A stretch of 64,000 nt of DNA, taken from sequence record KU686213.1. One strand, written 5' to 3'. Below are positions 34,795-44,842 of the stretch, piece by piece. The notes below the pieces were generated by a model, which was given only the letters and a program-made list of their open reading frames with translations, ran no database searches and was not told where the DNA came from. The stretch's first letter is position 1; each line of letters starts with the position of its first letter. Made by a program: the position numbers and the translations under genes.

Positions 34795-35601
34795 GTGGGT
34801 GAATATTTCTATCACGGAATATTTAAGAAGACTACCGTTGCTTTTGGTAATCTCTTTAATAATATCCAAATCCAAAAAGTAAATAACGCTGATAAAACAA
34901 TCAATGTTATGAAGGTAGGTCTTGGCTATGGACCTACTCAAAAGTTTTTGGCTAGATTGAATCAAATGGGTGAGTTGGATCAGCCAACACAGATCACTCT
35001 ACCTAGAATGTCCTTTGAGATGACTGGGATTTCTTATGATGCAACTAGAAAAACCAAGCCAACACAGACATTTAAGACCACTGATCGGGGTGAAAAGTTA
35101 CAGAAAGTATACTTACCTGTTCCGTATAATGTTGAATATGAGCTTACCATTATGGCTAAGCTTAATGAAGATTGTTTGCAGATTGTAGAACAGATTCTTC
35201 CATACTTTCAGCCAGCATATACAACGACAGTTGATCTATTAGAAGAAGTTGGTGAGAAGAGAGATATTCCTATTGTACTAAACTCAATCAATTTTACTGA
35301 TGATTATGAAGGTGACTTCGCTAGTCGTCGTATCTTATTGTATACATTAAGCTTTACGGCTAAAACTTATCTATTCGGTCCTCTTGATGAGACTGGTGAT
35401 GGTCTTATCAGGAAGGTTCAGGTTGATTATCATACAACTCATAAGAGACCTCCTGTTAGAGAAGTTAGATATACCGTCACACCTGACCCAGTTGACGCTG
35501 GTCCCGATGATGACTTTGGGTTTAATGAAGAGACTGAACTATTCTTTGATAGTAAGGTCTATAGCCCAACACAAAATATAGACTATACACCTGATAAATA
35601 A
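34795..35601 (+). CDS. g15: Tail sheath stabilizer / completion protein gp15
   Basis: YFYH....K..VAFGNLFNNI; LPRMSFE; PVPYN; QIVEQILPYFQP; GTG start. Confidence 0.93.
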   Translation: MGEYFYHGIFKKTTVAFGNLFNNIQIQKVNNADKTINVMKVGLGYGPTQKFLARLNQMGELDQPTQITLPRMSFEMTGISYDATRKTKPTQTFKTTDRGEKLQKVYLPVPYNVEYELTIMAKLNEDCLQIVEQILPYFQPAYTTTVDLLEEVGEKRDIPIVLNSINFTDDYEGDFASRRILLYTLSFTAKTYLFGPLDETGDGLIRKVQVDYHTTHKRPPVREVRYTVTPDPVDAGPDDDFGFNEETELFFDSKVYSPTQNIDYTPDK

Positions 35602-35623
35602 ACATAGTAAACCCCATATTCCT

Positions 35624-36070
35624 GTGAGTAATTTCGATCCCATTGATGAAGCTCTGAATATTGAGTCTGAGATTGTTAAGCAACCAAAGACCTATGATCT
35701 AACTCGGATTGATGATGAGGAAGAACTTGTCGTTTCTGATCGGAATGATAAGCAGAAGGATTATGAGTATGCTAGGGCTAATCTATACAGCCTAATGGAA
35801 AAGGGACAGGAAGCCGTAGCAGGTGCCCTAGAACTAGCCCAGGAGGGCGACAGTGCCCGTTCTTATGAAGTAGCCATCAATGGCGTCAAAAGTATGGCAG
35901 AGGTCGCAGAGAAGCTCCTAGACCTTCAGAAGAAGGTTAAGGACTTGGATGAGGTTTCTGTAACCAATACTCAAAATAATGTAACAAACAATTCCGTCTT
36001 TGTTGGTTCTACAACAGAATTGCAGAAGATGATTAAAGAGGGAATGCTAAATAAACTACCAGAATCGTAA
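35624..36070 (+). CDS. g16: Terminase small subunit gp16
   Basis: KDYEYAR.NLY.L..KGQEA; VTNN.VFVGST.ELQK; GTG start. Confidence 0.88.
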   Translation: MSNFDPIDEALNIESEIVKQPKTYDLTRIDDEEELVVSDRNDKQKDYEYARANLYSLMEKGQEAVAGALELAQEGDSARSYEVAINGVKSMAEVAEKLLDLQKKVKDLDEVSVTNTQNNVTNNSVFVGSTTELQKMIKEGMLNKLPES

Positions 36071-36074
36071 GGCT

Positions 36075-36485
36075 ATGGCTAAGAAAGATAAAAAGCGCTG
36101 TAAAGAGTGCGAAGGTATGGGAAAGGACTGTAAGTGCTCTAAAAAAGGAAAGGGTGGGTACTTTGGCTTTGACCAAAATATGGATGACTATACTATGGAT
36201 TCCGGTCACGGATCGGATGAAGGTGGAGACGGTGGTGGGATGTCGGAAGGTATTAGGATGCCTAAAGCACCTTCAGATGCCGACAAATCAATGCAAGGTG
36301 CATCTAGACAAAGAAAGGAGAAAACATTGTCCGATTTTAGATCTGCTGCTGATGACGCCAAAAAACGTCAGAAGTATAAAGATGAGAATGATGACCTTGC
36401 GGTTACTCGTATGAAGAAAGGTGTTCGTTTCTATGATAAGAAGGGATCTGGATACCTTAAAGGTGGTAAAAAAACGTATGACTAA
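36075..36485 (+). CDS. Hypothetical Lys/Gly-rich protein, 136 aa
   Basis: ORF; C-terminal KKGVRFYDKKGSGY.K.GKK module. Confidence 0.7.
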   Translation: MAKKDKKRCKECEGMGKDCKCSKKGKGGYFGFDQNMDDYTMDSGHGSDEGGDGGGMSEGIRMPKAPSDADKSMQGASRQRKEKTLSDFRSAADDAKKRQKYKDENDDLAVTRMKKGVRFYDKKGSGYLKGGKKTYD

Positions 36486-36583
36486 ATAAGTGTGAAGGGC
36501 AATATAATGAAGGACGGCTTTATATGTCGTCGATGCAGTTCTTGGAGCCTTTCACATTATTTTATTAAATCCTGTTATTAGAT

Positions 36584-37702
36584 ATGGCTAAGAAAAAGGG
36601 TCTATGGGATAATATCCACGCTAAACGTAAGCGCGGTGAAGCCCCCGCTAAAAAAGGTAGCAAAGACTATCCCGAGACACTAGATATTGGTGAAGGTATG
36701 AAGACCGCTCGCAAGAATGTGGGCGCTGATACTTGCTGGGATGGTTACAAAGCCAAAGGAACTAAAAAGAAAGATGGTAAAGAAGTCCCAAACTGTGTAA
36801 AGGAAGGTAAGACCTTTGCGGAGTTTTGTGCTGAAGGTAAGTCACGTATTGAGACTGATCCAGATTATAGAAAAAGATTTAAGGCTTTAGCTGATAACTT
36901 TGCAGAAAAGCGCAAGGAGCAAACAAAGGCAAAGATGAAGAAGGAATCTGTAGAGATTCTTGATGTTGACGGGAATATGGTTGCTGAAATAACAGACCTA
37001 ATTTCACCAGAGCCTATGAGTGGTTGGAAGCAGCAGATGGGTGAAGGTGCTATTGCTGATAGGATGAGAGCAAATCTCAAAGCCAAAAAGAAGGAATGGG
37101 ATGAGAAGGGAGAGAAAGCCAAGAAAGATGGCTATGATGCCCTAGAAAAAGTCAAAAAGACCCAAGATGACCTTGAGAAGAGTGACTATATCCAAAATGT
37201 AGGTGAAGACTACAAGAAACTTCCCAAGCGCAAGATGGGAATGAAGGCTGGTAAAAAGATTATCAGTGCTATCGGTCACGCTGGTAAAGCTGGCGAAGAG
37301 GATGAAGGCACTATTGAAGACCAGATCCGTATGCAAAAGGCAGGTAAAAAAACTAAGCAAGCTGACAAAATCCATAAGACTGCCAGCAAGCATAGTGAAA
37401 CTCTATCTAAAATGAAATCTTTGAAGAATAAGCTTAAGGGTCTTACCAAAGAAGAGTATGTAGATGAGGCTGCTTGGACTAAAAAAGAGGGAAAGAATAA
37501 AGCCGGGGGGCTTAACGAGAAGGGACGCAAATCCTATGAACGAGAGAACCCCGGCAGTGACCTAAAAGCACCACAACCAGAGGGTGGAGATCGCAAGGAC
37601 TCCTTTTGTCGTAGAATGAAAGGGATGCGTAAGCGCCAAAAGCCAGAGAATAATACTGGCGATGACCGTCTATCCCTATCACTTAAAAAATGGAAATGCT
37701 GA
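36584..37702 (+). CDS. Lys-rich modular protein, 372 aa (candidate internal head protein; C-terminal DUF6321-like module)
   Basis: Modules KKGLWDNIHAKRKR, CWDGYK..GTKKK.GK.VPNCVKE and AAWTKKEGKN..GGLNEKGRKSY. Confidence 0.7.
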   Translation: MAKKKGLWDNIHAKRKRGEAPAKKGSKDYPETLDIGEGMKTARKNVGADTCWDGYKAKGTKKKDGKEVPNCVKEGKTFAEFCAEGKSRIETDPDYRKRFKALADNFAEKRKEQTKAKMKKESVEILDVDGNMVAEITDLISPEPMSGWKQQMGEGAIADRMRANLKAKKKEWDEKGEKAKKDGYDALEKVKKTQDDLEKSDYIQNVGEDYKKLPKRKMGMKAGKKIISAIGHAGKAGEEDEGTIEDQIRMQKAGKKTKQADKIHKTASKHSETLSKMKSLKNKLKGLTKEEYVDEAAWTKKEGKNKAGGLNEKGRKSYERENPGSDLKAPQPEGGDRKDSFCRRMKGMRKRQKPENNTGDDRLSLSLKKWKC

Positions 37703-37797
37703 TACACGCATTAGGGCATAAATGGTTCCTAGGACTACTATGCTATGCACTTGTTATGATACCCACACTAGGTATAATGTACATTCACAAAGAATGA
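37690..37797 (+). CDS. Small membrane protein, 35 aa (MEMLIHALGHKWFLGLLCYALVMIPTLGIMYIHKE)
   Basis: Hydrophobic small ORF overlapping the end of the upstream gene. Confidence 0.5.
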   Translation: MEMLIHALGHKWFLGLLCYALVMIPTLGIMYIHKE

Positions 37798-37830
37798 TAT
37801 ATAATGCGTCAGTAATACTTCTTTACCTCA

Positions 37831-37908
37831 ATGGGTCATTTTTACGAAGGCGCTGCCTGCCTATTTGCATTCATCTTTGTTCTAAATATTATTAAAGTAT
37901 CCAAGTAA
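37831..37908 (+). CDS. Possible small membrane peptide, 25 aa (MGHFYEGAACLFAFIFVLNIIKVSK)
   Basis: Fills the gap and stops 1 nt before the next ATG. Confidence 0.35.
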   Translation: MGHFYEGAACLFAFIFVLNIIKVSK

Positions 37909-37909
37909 G

Positions 37910-38179
37910 ATGTCTAATCAAAACTACATAAGATATGATGAGACTCCAGGTGATGTGGCTTCACCCCAACCAACTACAACTCCAGGTACTGTTGATCCGG
38001 GCAGTACTTGGGAAACCAAGCCATATCTAAACTTTAACGGCGACTACGAAAGGTATAGTGATACCGCAGGAATCTCAACTGCACCTCAACCAACTCCAAA
38101 TGGTGGGGATTATGTTAGATATAGTGATGTTCCAGGTGTTGCTGCACCCCCCGCACAGCCCTATGTAAGAACTCCCTAA
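37910..38179 (+). CDS. Hypothetical Pro/Thr-rich protein with three Y.RY....G repeats, 89 aa
   Basis: YIRYDETPG, YERYSDTAG, YVRYSDVPG each followed by a PQP/AQP segment. Confidence 0.7.
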   Translation: MSNQNYIRYDETPGDVASPQPTTTPGTVDPGSTWETKPYLNFNGDYERYSDTAGISTAPQPTPNGGDYVRYSDVPGVAAPPAQPYVRTP

Positions 38180-38185
38180 TAAACT

Positions 38186-38210
38186 GCCCTACATACAGTA
38201 GGGCTTTTTT
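38186..38210 (+). terminator. Intrinsic terminator
   Basis: GCCCTAC-ATACA-GTAGGGC followed by T6. Confidence 0.75.
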
Positions 38211-38216
38211 AATGCA

Positions 38217-39866
38217 ATGGCTGATACACAGTATCTCGGTAATCCAAATCTAAAAAAGACTAATGTGCCTGTTCAGTTCTCAAGAGAACAGGTGATGGAG
38301 TATATTAAGTGCAAAGAAGACCCAATTTATTTTGCTCTGAATTATATTAAGATTGTATCACTGGACCACGGTGTTATTCCTTTCAGGCTATATGACTTCC
38401 AGGAAAACTTGATTCGGAGTTTTCACGAGAAGAGATTTACTATTTGTAAGATGCCTCGCCAGACGGGTAAGTCTACCACTTGCGTTGCGTTTCTACTTCA
38501 CTATCTAATTTTCAACGATAATGTTACTATCGGCATCCTAGCCAACAAAGCGTCCACTGCGAGAGAGATTCTTGGGCGTTTGCAGTTGGCTTATGAGAAC
38601 CTACCACAATGGTTACAGCACGGTATTATTTCTTGGAACAAAGGTTCCGTTGAACTTGAGAATGGTTCCACTATCCTAGCTGCTTCCACATCAGCATCTG
38701 CTGTTCGTGGTATGTCCTTCAACATTATTTTCTTGGACGAATTTGCGTTCGTTCAAAACAACATTGCCGACCAGTTCTTCGCTTCTGTATATCCAACAAT
38801 TACTTCTGGTAAATCTACAAAGGTTATTATCGTTTCTACGCCTCACGGTATGAACCACTTCTACCGAATGTGGAACGATGCTGAAAAGGGGAGGAATGAT
38901 TATAACCCCATTGAGGTTCATTGGTCACAGGTTCCTGGTAGGGATGATGTCTGGAAAGAGACTACAATTAAGAACACAAGTGAAGAACAGTTCAAGGTTG
39001 AGTTTGAATGTGAGTTCATTGGTTCTGTTGATACACTAATCTCTCCGATGGCATTGAGGTCTATGGAGTATCGTGAACCAATCACAAAAAATAAAGGATT
39101 GGATATTTTCACAGACCCCGAGGATGACCACACATATGTAATAACTGCTGACGTTGCTCGTGGAGTCGGTAAAGATTTCTCTGCGTTTATTGTTTTTGAT
39201 ACAACAACCTTCCCGTACAGAGTTGTTGCGAAGTATAGGGATAATGAGATTAAACCTATGGTATTCCCAAGTATCATTGAGAGAGTTGCTAAATCCTATA
39301 ATAAAGCTCACGTTCTTATTGAAGTCAATGATATTGGTGATCAGGTTGCTTCTATTTTGAATTATGACTTGGAATATCCCAACGTAATGATGTGTGCTAT
39401 GCGTGGAAGAGCAGGACAGCAGCTTGGAGCGGGCTTCAGTGGCTCTAAAACACAATTAGGCGTAAAGATGAGCGTAGCCACTAAGAAGCTCGGGTGCTCC
39501 AATCTGAAGGCACTGGTGGAGGAGAAGAAATTAGAGTTCTGTGACTTTAATATTGTTCAGGAACTAACTACCTTCATTTCTAGGAACAACTCATATGCCG
39601 CTGAAGATGGTTGTAATGATGACCTTGCTATGTGTATGGTTATTTTTGCTTGGTGTGTAGCACAGGATTACTTCCGTGAAATGACTGATAATGATGTCCG
39701 TAAGGAAATCTACAGCGATAAGGAAGGTCAGATTGAGCAGGATATGGCTCCGTTTGGTTTCATTAGTTCTATGGATGATGATAGTAGCTTCGTTGATGCT
39801 CAAGGTGACCGTTGGAATACAGTTGATGAGTATGGGAGTATGAGTTATATGTGGGACTATAGCTAG
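38217..39866 (+). CDS. g17: Terminase large subunit gp17
   Basis: YLGNPNLKK; Walker A KMPRQTGKST; Walker B IIFLDEFAF; nuclease ADVARG, DDL.M. Confidence 0.97.
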   Translation: MADTQYLGNPNLKKTNVPVQFSREQVMEYIKCKEDPIYFALNYIKIVSLDHGVIPFRLYDFQENLIRSFHEKRFTICKMPRQTGKSTTCVAFLLHYLIFNDNVTIGILANKASTAREILGRLQLAYENLPQWLQHGIISWNKGSVELENGSTILAASTSASAVRGMSFNIIFLDEFAFVQNNIADQFFASVYPTITSGKSTKVIIVSTPHGMNHFYRMWNDAEKGRNDYNPIEVHWSQVPGRDDVWKETTIKNTSEEQFKVEFECEFIGSVDTLISPMALRSMEYREPITKNKGLDIFTDPEDDHTYVITADVARGVGKDFSAFIVFDTTTFPYRVVAKYRDNEIKPMVFPSIIERVAKSYNKAHVLIEVNDIGDQVASILNYDLEYPNVMMCAMRGRAGQQLGAGFSGSKTQLGVKMSVATKKLGCSNLKALVEEKKLEFCDFNIVQELTTFISRNNSYAAEDGCNDDLAMCMVIFAWCVAQDYFREMTDNDVRKEIYSDKEGQIEQDMAPFGFISSMDDDSSFVDAQGDRWNTVDEYGSMSYMWDYS

Positions 39867-39940
39867 AAAAGGGGGGTCTAAATGTATTTTTTTATAAATA
39901 TTTTTAGATTATTTCGGACTTTCATAGGGAGACCCAAAAG

Positions 39941-42127
39941 ATGCCTGTAAACTTAGCATCGCCCGGTGTTTTAGTTAGAGAAGTTGACCTTACACTAGGT
40001 CAAGTACAAACTTCTTCTAGCAAAACCGGCGCTATTGTTGCCCCCTTTGCTAGGGGACCTGTTGACGAGCCTGTATTAATCGCAAGTGAGAATGAACTAC
40101 TTGATGTTTTCGGACAGCCATCTTCTACTGATAGACAGTATGAAGGTTGGCTAACAATTGCATCATACCTTTCTTATGGCGGTATAATGCAGGTCGTCCG
40201 CTCGGACAACGACAAAATTAACAACAGCTACGCTGGCGTAGCATCAACTGATATTAAAATTAAGAGTATTGAAGATTATAACGCTCTAGCGTATGATGAA
40301 AATATTATTCCTGGATACACTGTAATTGCTAGAAACCCCGGTTCTTGGGCTAACGGTGTTAAAGTTGCTTTCATTGATGGTAGAGCAGACCAGACTTTTA
40401 CTGGAATCGGAACAACATCTGCCCCTTCACTAGTTGAAGGTTATGGTTTTACTCAACTAATCAGTAAGGTTGCTGCTGGCGCAGGAACAACTAGCTTGGT
40501 TGAAGGGGAACTAAAGGGCATCATTACTGGTGTTACTTCAACTACAACAGACTATAGTGTAGACGTTAAGGTTCTATCATTCACCCCAACTGGCGGCAAA
40601 GAGGTAGAAGTTGATTATCAGCAAGGGGGTACTTGGTCCTTTGTTGCTGGAAATTTTGATATCTATGATTCAGGTGGATTGGTTGAAACTGTTAACAACT
40701 CCATCTCCCCAAGAGATTGGTTTGATGATCAGGAAGTTTCACTTCAGAGTGGAAGAGTAAGCGTTCCTTGGAACACAATTGCTAACCGCCCAACAACTAC
40801 TGAGTATGCACGTAACCGCAACTCACGTTTTGATGAAGTCCATATCGTCATCTTTGATGATACTGGAGAAGTAACAGGTAATGCTGGTACTATTCTAGAG
40901 AAGAACATTGGTATTTCTAAAGGTAAGGATGCTGAGTTCTCTGTTGGCACACCTTCTTACTGGAGAAAGTTCCTAGCAAACACATCACGTTACCTATTCG
41001 GTGGCTCTGAGCCAGAAGGTGCTGTTCCAACTTCATTTGAAGCAGGTGGTAATGGATTCGATCCAGAAACCGGTGGTGAGTGGGATCAACAGATCCGTAA
41101 CACCAGATTCTTCAGCTGCGGTAACAAGCAACTAATCCTAGAGAACGGAACAAACTATGACGGCGGTACGGACATCGAACAAACTGGTGCTCTACAAGTT
41201 TCCGTAGGAGACATTGCTGCTGGTTACAACAACTTTGAGTCAGACGATGAGACCAATGTAGATTTCCTACTAATGGGATCAGCTGCTTATAACGAAGCAG
41301 AAGCTCAATCACTTGCTAACAAGCTAATCTCTATTGCTGAGAGACGTAAGGATGCCCTAGCATTCGTTAGCCCATATCGCGCATCACAGATCATCGATGG
41401 TCAAAGTGGCGCTCAAACTGTTATTGATTCTGAAACAATCACTGGTAAAGTCATTAGTTTCTACAGTACAGTTGCTTCATCTTCATACGTTGTATTCGAT
41501 ACTGGATACAAGTACATGTATGACCGCTTCGCAGACAAGTTCCGCTATGTTCCTCTAAATGGAGACATCGCTGGTTGCTGTGCTCGTACTGACCAGATTG
41601 CGTTCCCTTGGTTCTCACCTGCTGGTACAACACGTGGCGCTATCCTAAATGGTGTACGCCTAGCATACAACCCAACATTGATTCAAAGAGACAGACTATA
41701 CTCTGCAAGAATCAATCCAGTTATCTTCTCCAACGATGTTGGTGGTATCACCCTCTTCGGTGATAAGACTGGACTATCCGCATCTTCCGCTTTCGATAGA
41801 ATCAACGTTCGCCGTTTGTTCATCTATGTTGAAGAAGCAATCACAGCTGCTGCACAAGATCAGCTATTTGAATTCAATGACGAAGTTACTCGTACCAACT
41901 TTGTTAACATTGTTGAGCCTTTCCTCCGCGACGTTAAGTCAAAGCGTGGTATTACAGACTTCCTAGTAGTTTGTGACGAGACCAACAACACACCAGCGGT
42001 CGTAGATCGCAATGAGTTTGTTGCTGACATCTTTATTAAGCCCACCCGCTCCATCAACTTCATCGGTCTAACATTTGTTGCTACCCGCACAGGTGTTAAC
42101 TTTGAAGAAGTTGTAGGAACTGTTTGA
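39941..42127 (+). CDS. g18: Tail sheath protein gp18
   Basis: LASPGV.VREVDLT; WFSPAG..RG; FDRINVRRLF; KP.RSINFI.L.FVATRTG; late promoter at 39893-39900. Confidence 0.97.
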   Translation: MPVNLASPGVLVREVDLTLGQVQTSSSKTGAIVAPFARGPVDEPVLIASENELLDVFGQPSSTDRQYEGWLTIASYLSYGGIMQVVRSDNDKINNSYAGVASTDIKIKSIEDYNALAYDENIIPGYTVIARNPGSWANGVKVAFIDGRADQTFTGIGTTSAPSLVEGYGFTQLISKVAAGAGTTSLVEGELKGIITGVTSTTTDYSVDVKVLSFTPTGGKEVEVDYQQGGTWSFVAGNFDIYDSGGLVETVNNSISPRDWFDDQEVSLQSGRVSVPWNTIANRPTTTEYARNRNSRFDEVHIVIFDDTGEVTGNAGTILEKNIGISKGKDAEFSVGTPSYWRKFLANTSRYLFGGSEPEGAVPTSFEAGGNGFDPETGGEWDQQIRNTRFFSCGNKQLILENGTNYDGGTDIEQTGALQVSVGDIAAGYNNFESDDETNVDFLLMGSAAYNEAEAQSLANKLISIAERRKDALAFVSPYRASQIIDGQSGAQTVIDSETITGKVISFYSTVASSSYVVFDTGYKYMYDRFADKFRYVPLNGDIAGCCARTDQIAFPWFSPAGTTRGAILNGVRLAYNPTLIQRDRLYSARINPVIFSNDVGGITLFGDKTGLSASSAFDRINVRRLFIYVEEAITAAAQDQLFEFNDEVTRTNFVNIVEPFLRDVKSKRGITDFLVVCDETNNTPAVVDRNEFVADIFIKPTRSINFIGLTFVATRTGVNFEEVVGTV

Positions 42128-42160
42128 TCACTACTACCTAACTAATAAGGAGAAATACCA

Positions 42161-42757
42161 ATGGCAAGTACAAGAGTTCAGGTAGAATCCCCAGTATTGA
42201 GGACTATCAGCGACTTCAAAGCAAAAATGACTGGTGGCGGTGCTCGCCCCAATCTATTTGAAGTTGTTCTTCAGTTCCCTCTTTCAGCACCTACCGACAC
42301 AGATACACTACAGAAATCACGCTTCCTAGTCAAGGCAGCTGCCCTTCCCGCTTCTAACATTACACCCATCGAAGTTCCCTTCCGTGGTCGTACATTGAAG
42401 ATTGCAGGAGACCGCACCTTCGACACCTGGACCATTACCGTTCTAAACGACACCGACTTCGCTATTCGCTCTGCGATGGAGAATTGGATGAACACAATGA
42501 ACCGTATGGAGAACGCCACAGGCACCCAGGATCCCGCTGAGTACCAGTCCGACGCATATGTCTACCAGATTGACCGCGACGGCTCCACGCTCCGCACATA
42601 CCGTTTCCACGATGTGTTCCCAACGAACATCTCAACGATTGATCTTAACTACGATACAACTGATACCATTCAGGAGTTCACCGTAGAGATGCAAGTTCAG
42701 TGGTGGGAAGCGATTAAGGGCACAGGTCCTAACGCAGGTGGTCAGGATATCTTCTGA
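42161..42757 (+). CDS. g19: Tail tube protein gp19
   Basis: GGGARPNLFEV; IEVPFRGR.LKIAGDRTF..WT.TV.ND. Confidence 0.97.
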   Translation: MASTRVQVESPVLRTISDFKAKMTGGGARPNLFEVVLQFPLSAPTDTDTLQKSRFLVKAAALPASNITPIEVPFRGRTLKIAGDRTFDTWTITVLNDTDFAIRSAMENWMNTMNRMENATGTQDPAEYQSDAYVYQIDRDGSTLRTYRFHDVFPTNISTIDLNYDTTDTIQEFTVEMQVQWWEAIKGTGPNAGGQDIF

Positions 42758-42780
42758 TTCCAACACAAAAAACACACAGA

Positions 42781-42805
42781 GGATCCCGAAAGGGGTCCTT
42801 TTTTT
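42781..42805 (+). terminator. Intrinsic terminator after g19
   Basis: GGATCCC-GAAA-GGGGTCC followed by T7. Confidence 0.85.
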
Positions 42806-42853
42806 ATGCGCTAAATATAAATGTAAGACGGTATACACCCACTTTTTATTATT

Positions 42854-44590
42854 ATGGGAAAGCTATTTGGTTTTTCAATTGAAGACTCTGATGTCCAACG
42901 CCCCGGATCTATCAGCCCCGTCCCCGAAAATAATGCGGACGGTGTTGATTACTATGCATCTGGTGGTTTTGGTGGAGCTTATGTTGATCTTGAGGGTGTC
43001 TATAGGACAGAATATGAACTTATTCGCCGCTATAGGGAGATGGCTCTGTATCCAGAAGTGGACAGTGCTATTGAAGATATTGTAAACGAGGCAATTGTTA
43101 GTGACTTGTATGAGTCACCTGTTCAAGTTGAGTTGAGTAATGTAAACGCTAGCGATAAAGTAAAAAACATTATTCGCGATGAATTCAAATACATTAAAGA
43201 GTTATTGGATTTTGATAAGCGTTCTCACGAAATTTTCCGTAATTGGTATATTGACGGGAGAATGCATTACTTAAAAGTTATTGATATGAAAAATCCCCAA
43301 GATGGGATTATGGATTTGAGATACATTCCCCCAACGAAAATTAAGTTTGTTCGTAAACTTAATGATAAGGCAGCAACCAATGGTATGGCTAGTCAAGTAT
43401 TAACCAAAAATAATACTGGCGGTCAGAATCCACTTGGACGTAATAATATTTTTAGTCAAGAAATTGATGAATATTATCTTTACACCCCAGGCGCAAGTAA
43501 TACTACTGGATACGGTGGGGGTATGGGTAATAACTCAACAGCTTCTATCAAAATTGCTAAAGACTCTATTGCATATTGCAATTCCGGTTTGGTTGATAGA
43601 AATAATAATACAACTCTTTCTTGGCTACACAAAGCAATCAAATCCACCAATCAACTAAGAATGATTGAGGATGCGATTGTAATTTACAGACTATCACGTG
43701 CCCCAGAGCGCCGTATCTTCTACATTGATGTTGGTAATTTGCCTAAAGTAAAGGCAGAGCAATATCTACAGCAGGTTATGAGTCGTTATAGGAATAAGCA
43801 ATCCTACAATGCCCAAACTGGTGAGATGAAGAATGATAAGAAAGTGATGTCTATGCTAGAAGATTTCTGGCTACCCCGCCGTGAAGGTGGTCGTGGTACA
43901 GAGATTTCTACTCTACCTGGTGGTCAAAACCTAGGTGAGATCAGTGATATTGAGTACTTCCGTAACAAGCTATATGCTTCTTTGGGTGTACCTTCATCCA
44001 GATCACCTGGCGGTAGCGAAGGTTTCAATATGGGACGTTCTAGTGAGATTTTACGAGACGAGGTAAAGTTTTCCAAGTTCGTTGCTCGCCTTCGCAAGCG
44101 CTTTGCTGGTTTATTCAGCGATCTACTAAAAACTCAACTTATCCTAAAAAATGTTATCACCCCTGATGATTGGGAAGGTATCAAGGATAATATTCAGTAT
44201 GACTTCTTATATGATAATCATTTTGCTGAACTAAAAGAAACAGAACTCTTCCAAGAGCGTCTAAATCTACTAGCTCAAGCAGAACCTTATATTGGTAAGT
44301 ACTACTCACAAGAGTATATCCGTAGCAAAATCCTCCGCCAAACTGATGGTGAGATGGAAGAGCAGGATAAGCTCATTGAGAAAGAGATTGCTGATGGTAC
44401 TATTCCAGATCCCTCAACTCTAGATCCAATCACAGGTGAGCCACTACCAGCAATGGAAGGCGAAGGTGATCCTGCTGGTGCAATGGCTGATATGGCTGGC
44501 GCAGCAGCTGATATTAATGGTGCTGCAGGAGCTGTACCAACGGATCCAGCACCCCCTAAGCTCCCCAAGAGCGGTGAAGGTGAAATCTAA
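42854..44590 (+). CDS. g20: Portal protein gp20
   Basis: IYRLSRAPERRIFYIDVGNLPK.KAEQYL; EDFWLPRREGGRGTEISTLPGGQNLG. Confidence 0.98.
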   Translation: MGKLFGFSIEDSDVQRPGSISPVPENNADGVDYYASGGFGGAYVDLEGVYRTEYELIRRYREMALYPEVDSAIEDIVNEAIVSDLYESPVQVELSNVNASDKVKNIIRDEFKYIKELLDFDKRSHEIFRNWYIDGRMHYLKVIDMKNPQDGIMDLRYIPPTKIKFVRKLNDKAATNGMASQVLTKNNTGGQNPLGRNNIFSQEIDEYYLYTPGASNTTGYGGGMGNNSTASIKIAKDSIAYCNSGLVDRNNNTTLSWLHKAIKSTNQLRMIEDAIVIYRLSRAPERRIFYIDVGNLPKVKAEQYLQQVMSRYRNKQSYNAQTGEMKNDKKVMSMLEDFWLPRREGGRGTEISTLPGGQNLGEISDIEYFRNKLYASLGVPSSRSPGGSEGFNMGRSSEILRDEVKFSKFVARLRKRFAGLFSDLLKTQLILKNVITPDDWEGIKDNIQYDFLYDNHFAELKETELFQERLNLLAQAEPYIGKYYSQEYIRSKILRQTDGEMEEQDKLIEKEIADGTIPDPSTLDPITGEPLPAMEGEGDPAGAMADMAGAAADINGAAGAVPTDPAPPKLPKSGEGEI

Positions 44591-44624
44591 TCTTCATAAA
44601 TAACTCTATATTGGTTTTTTTATT

Positions 44625-44798
44625 ATGGCTTCAAACATTGTAGATGCAATCGCATCAGGCTCTTCACCATCTGAAGTGACTCAGGAAATCAAAGACATTC
44701 TTTTCGCTAAAAGCAGTGAGAGAATTGATGACTACAGACACGCAGCTGCATCTCACCTATTTCAGGGACAAGATCAGACAGAAGCTGAAGAGGAGTGA
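44625..44798 (+). CDS. Small acidic protein between g20 and g21, 57 aa (prohead-core type by position)
   Basis: ORF MASNIVDAIASG...; late promoter CATAAATA at 44595-44602. Confidence 0.65.
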   Translation: MASNIVDAIASGSSPSEVTQEIKDILFAKSSERIDDYRHAAASHLFQGQDQTEAEEE

Positions 44799-44842
44799 TC
44801 CTAATTCAAACTAATCTCATTCTAGAGTAAGCATTTACTAAA

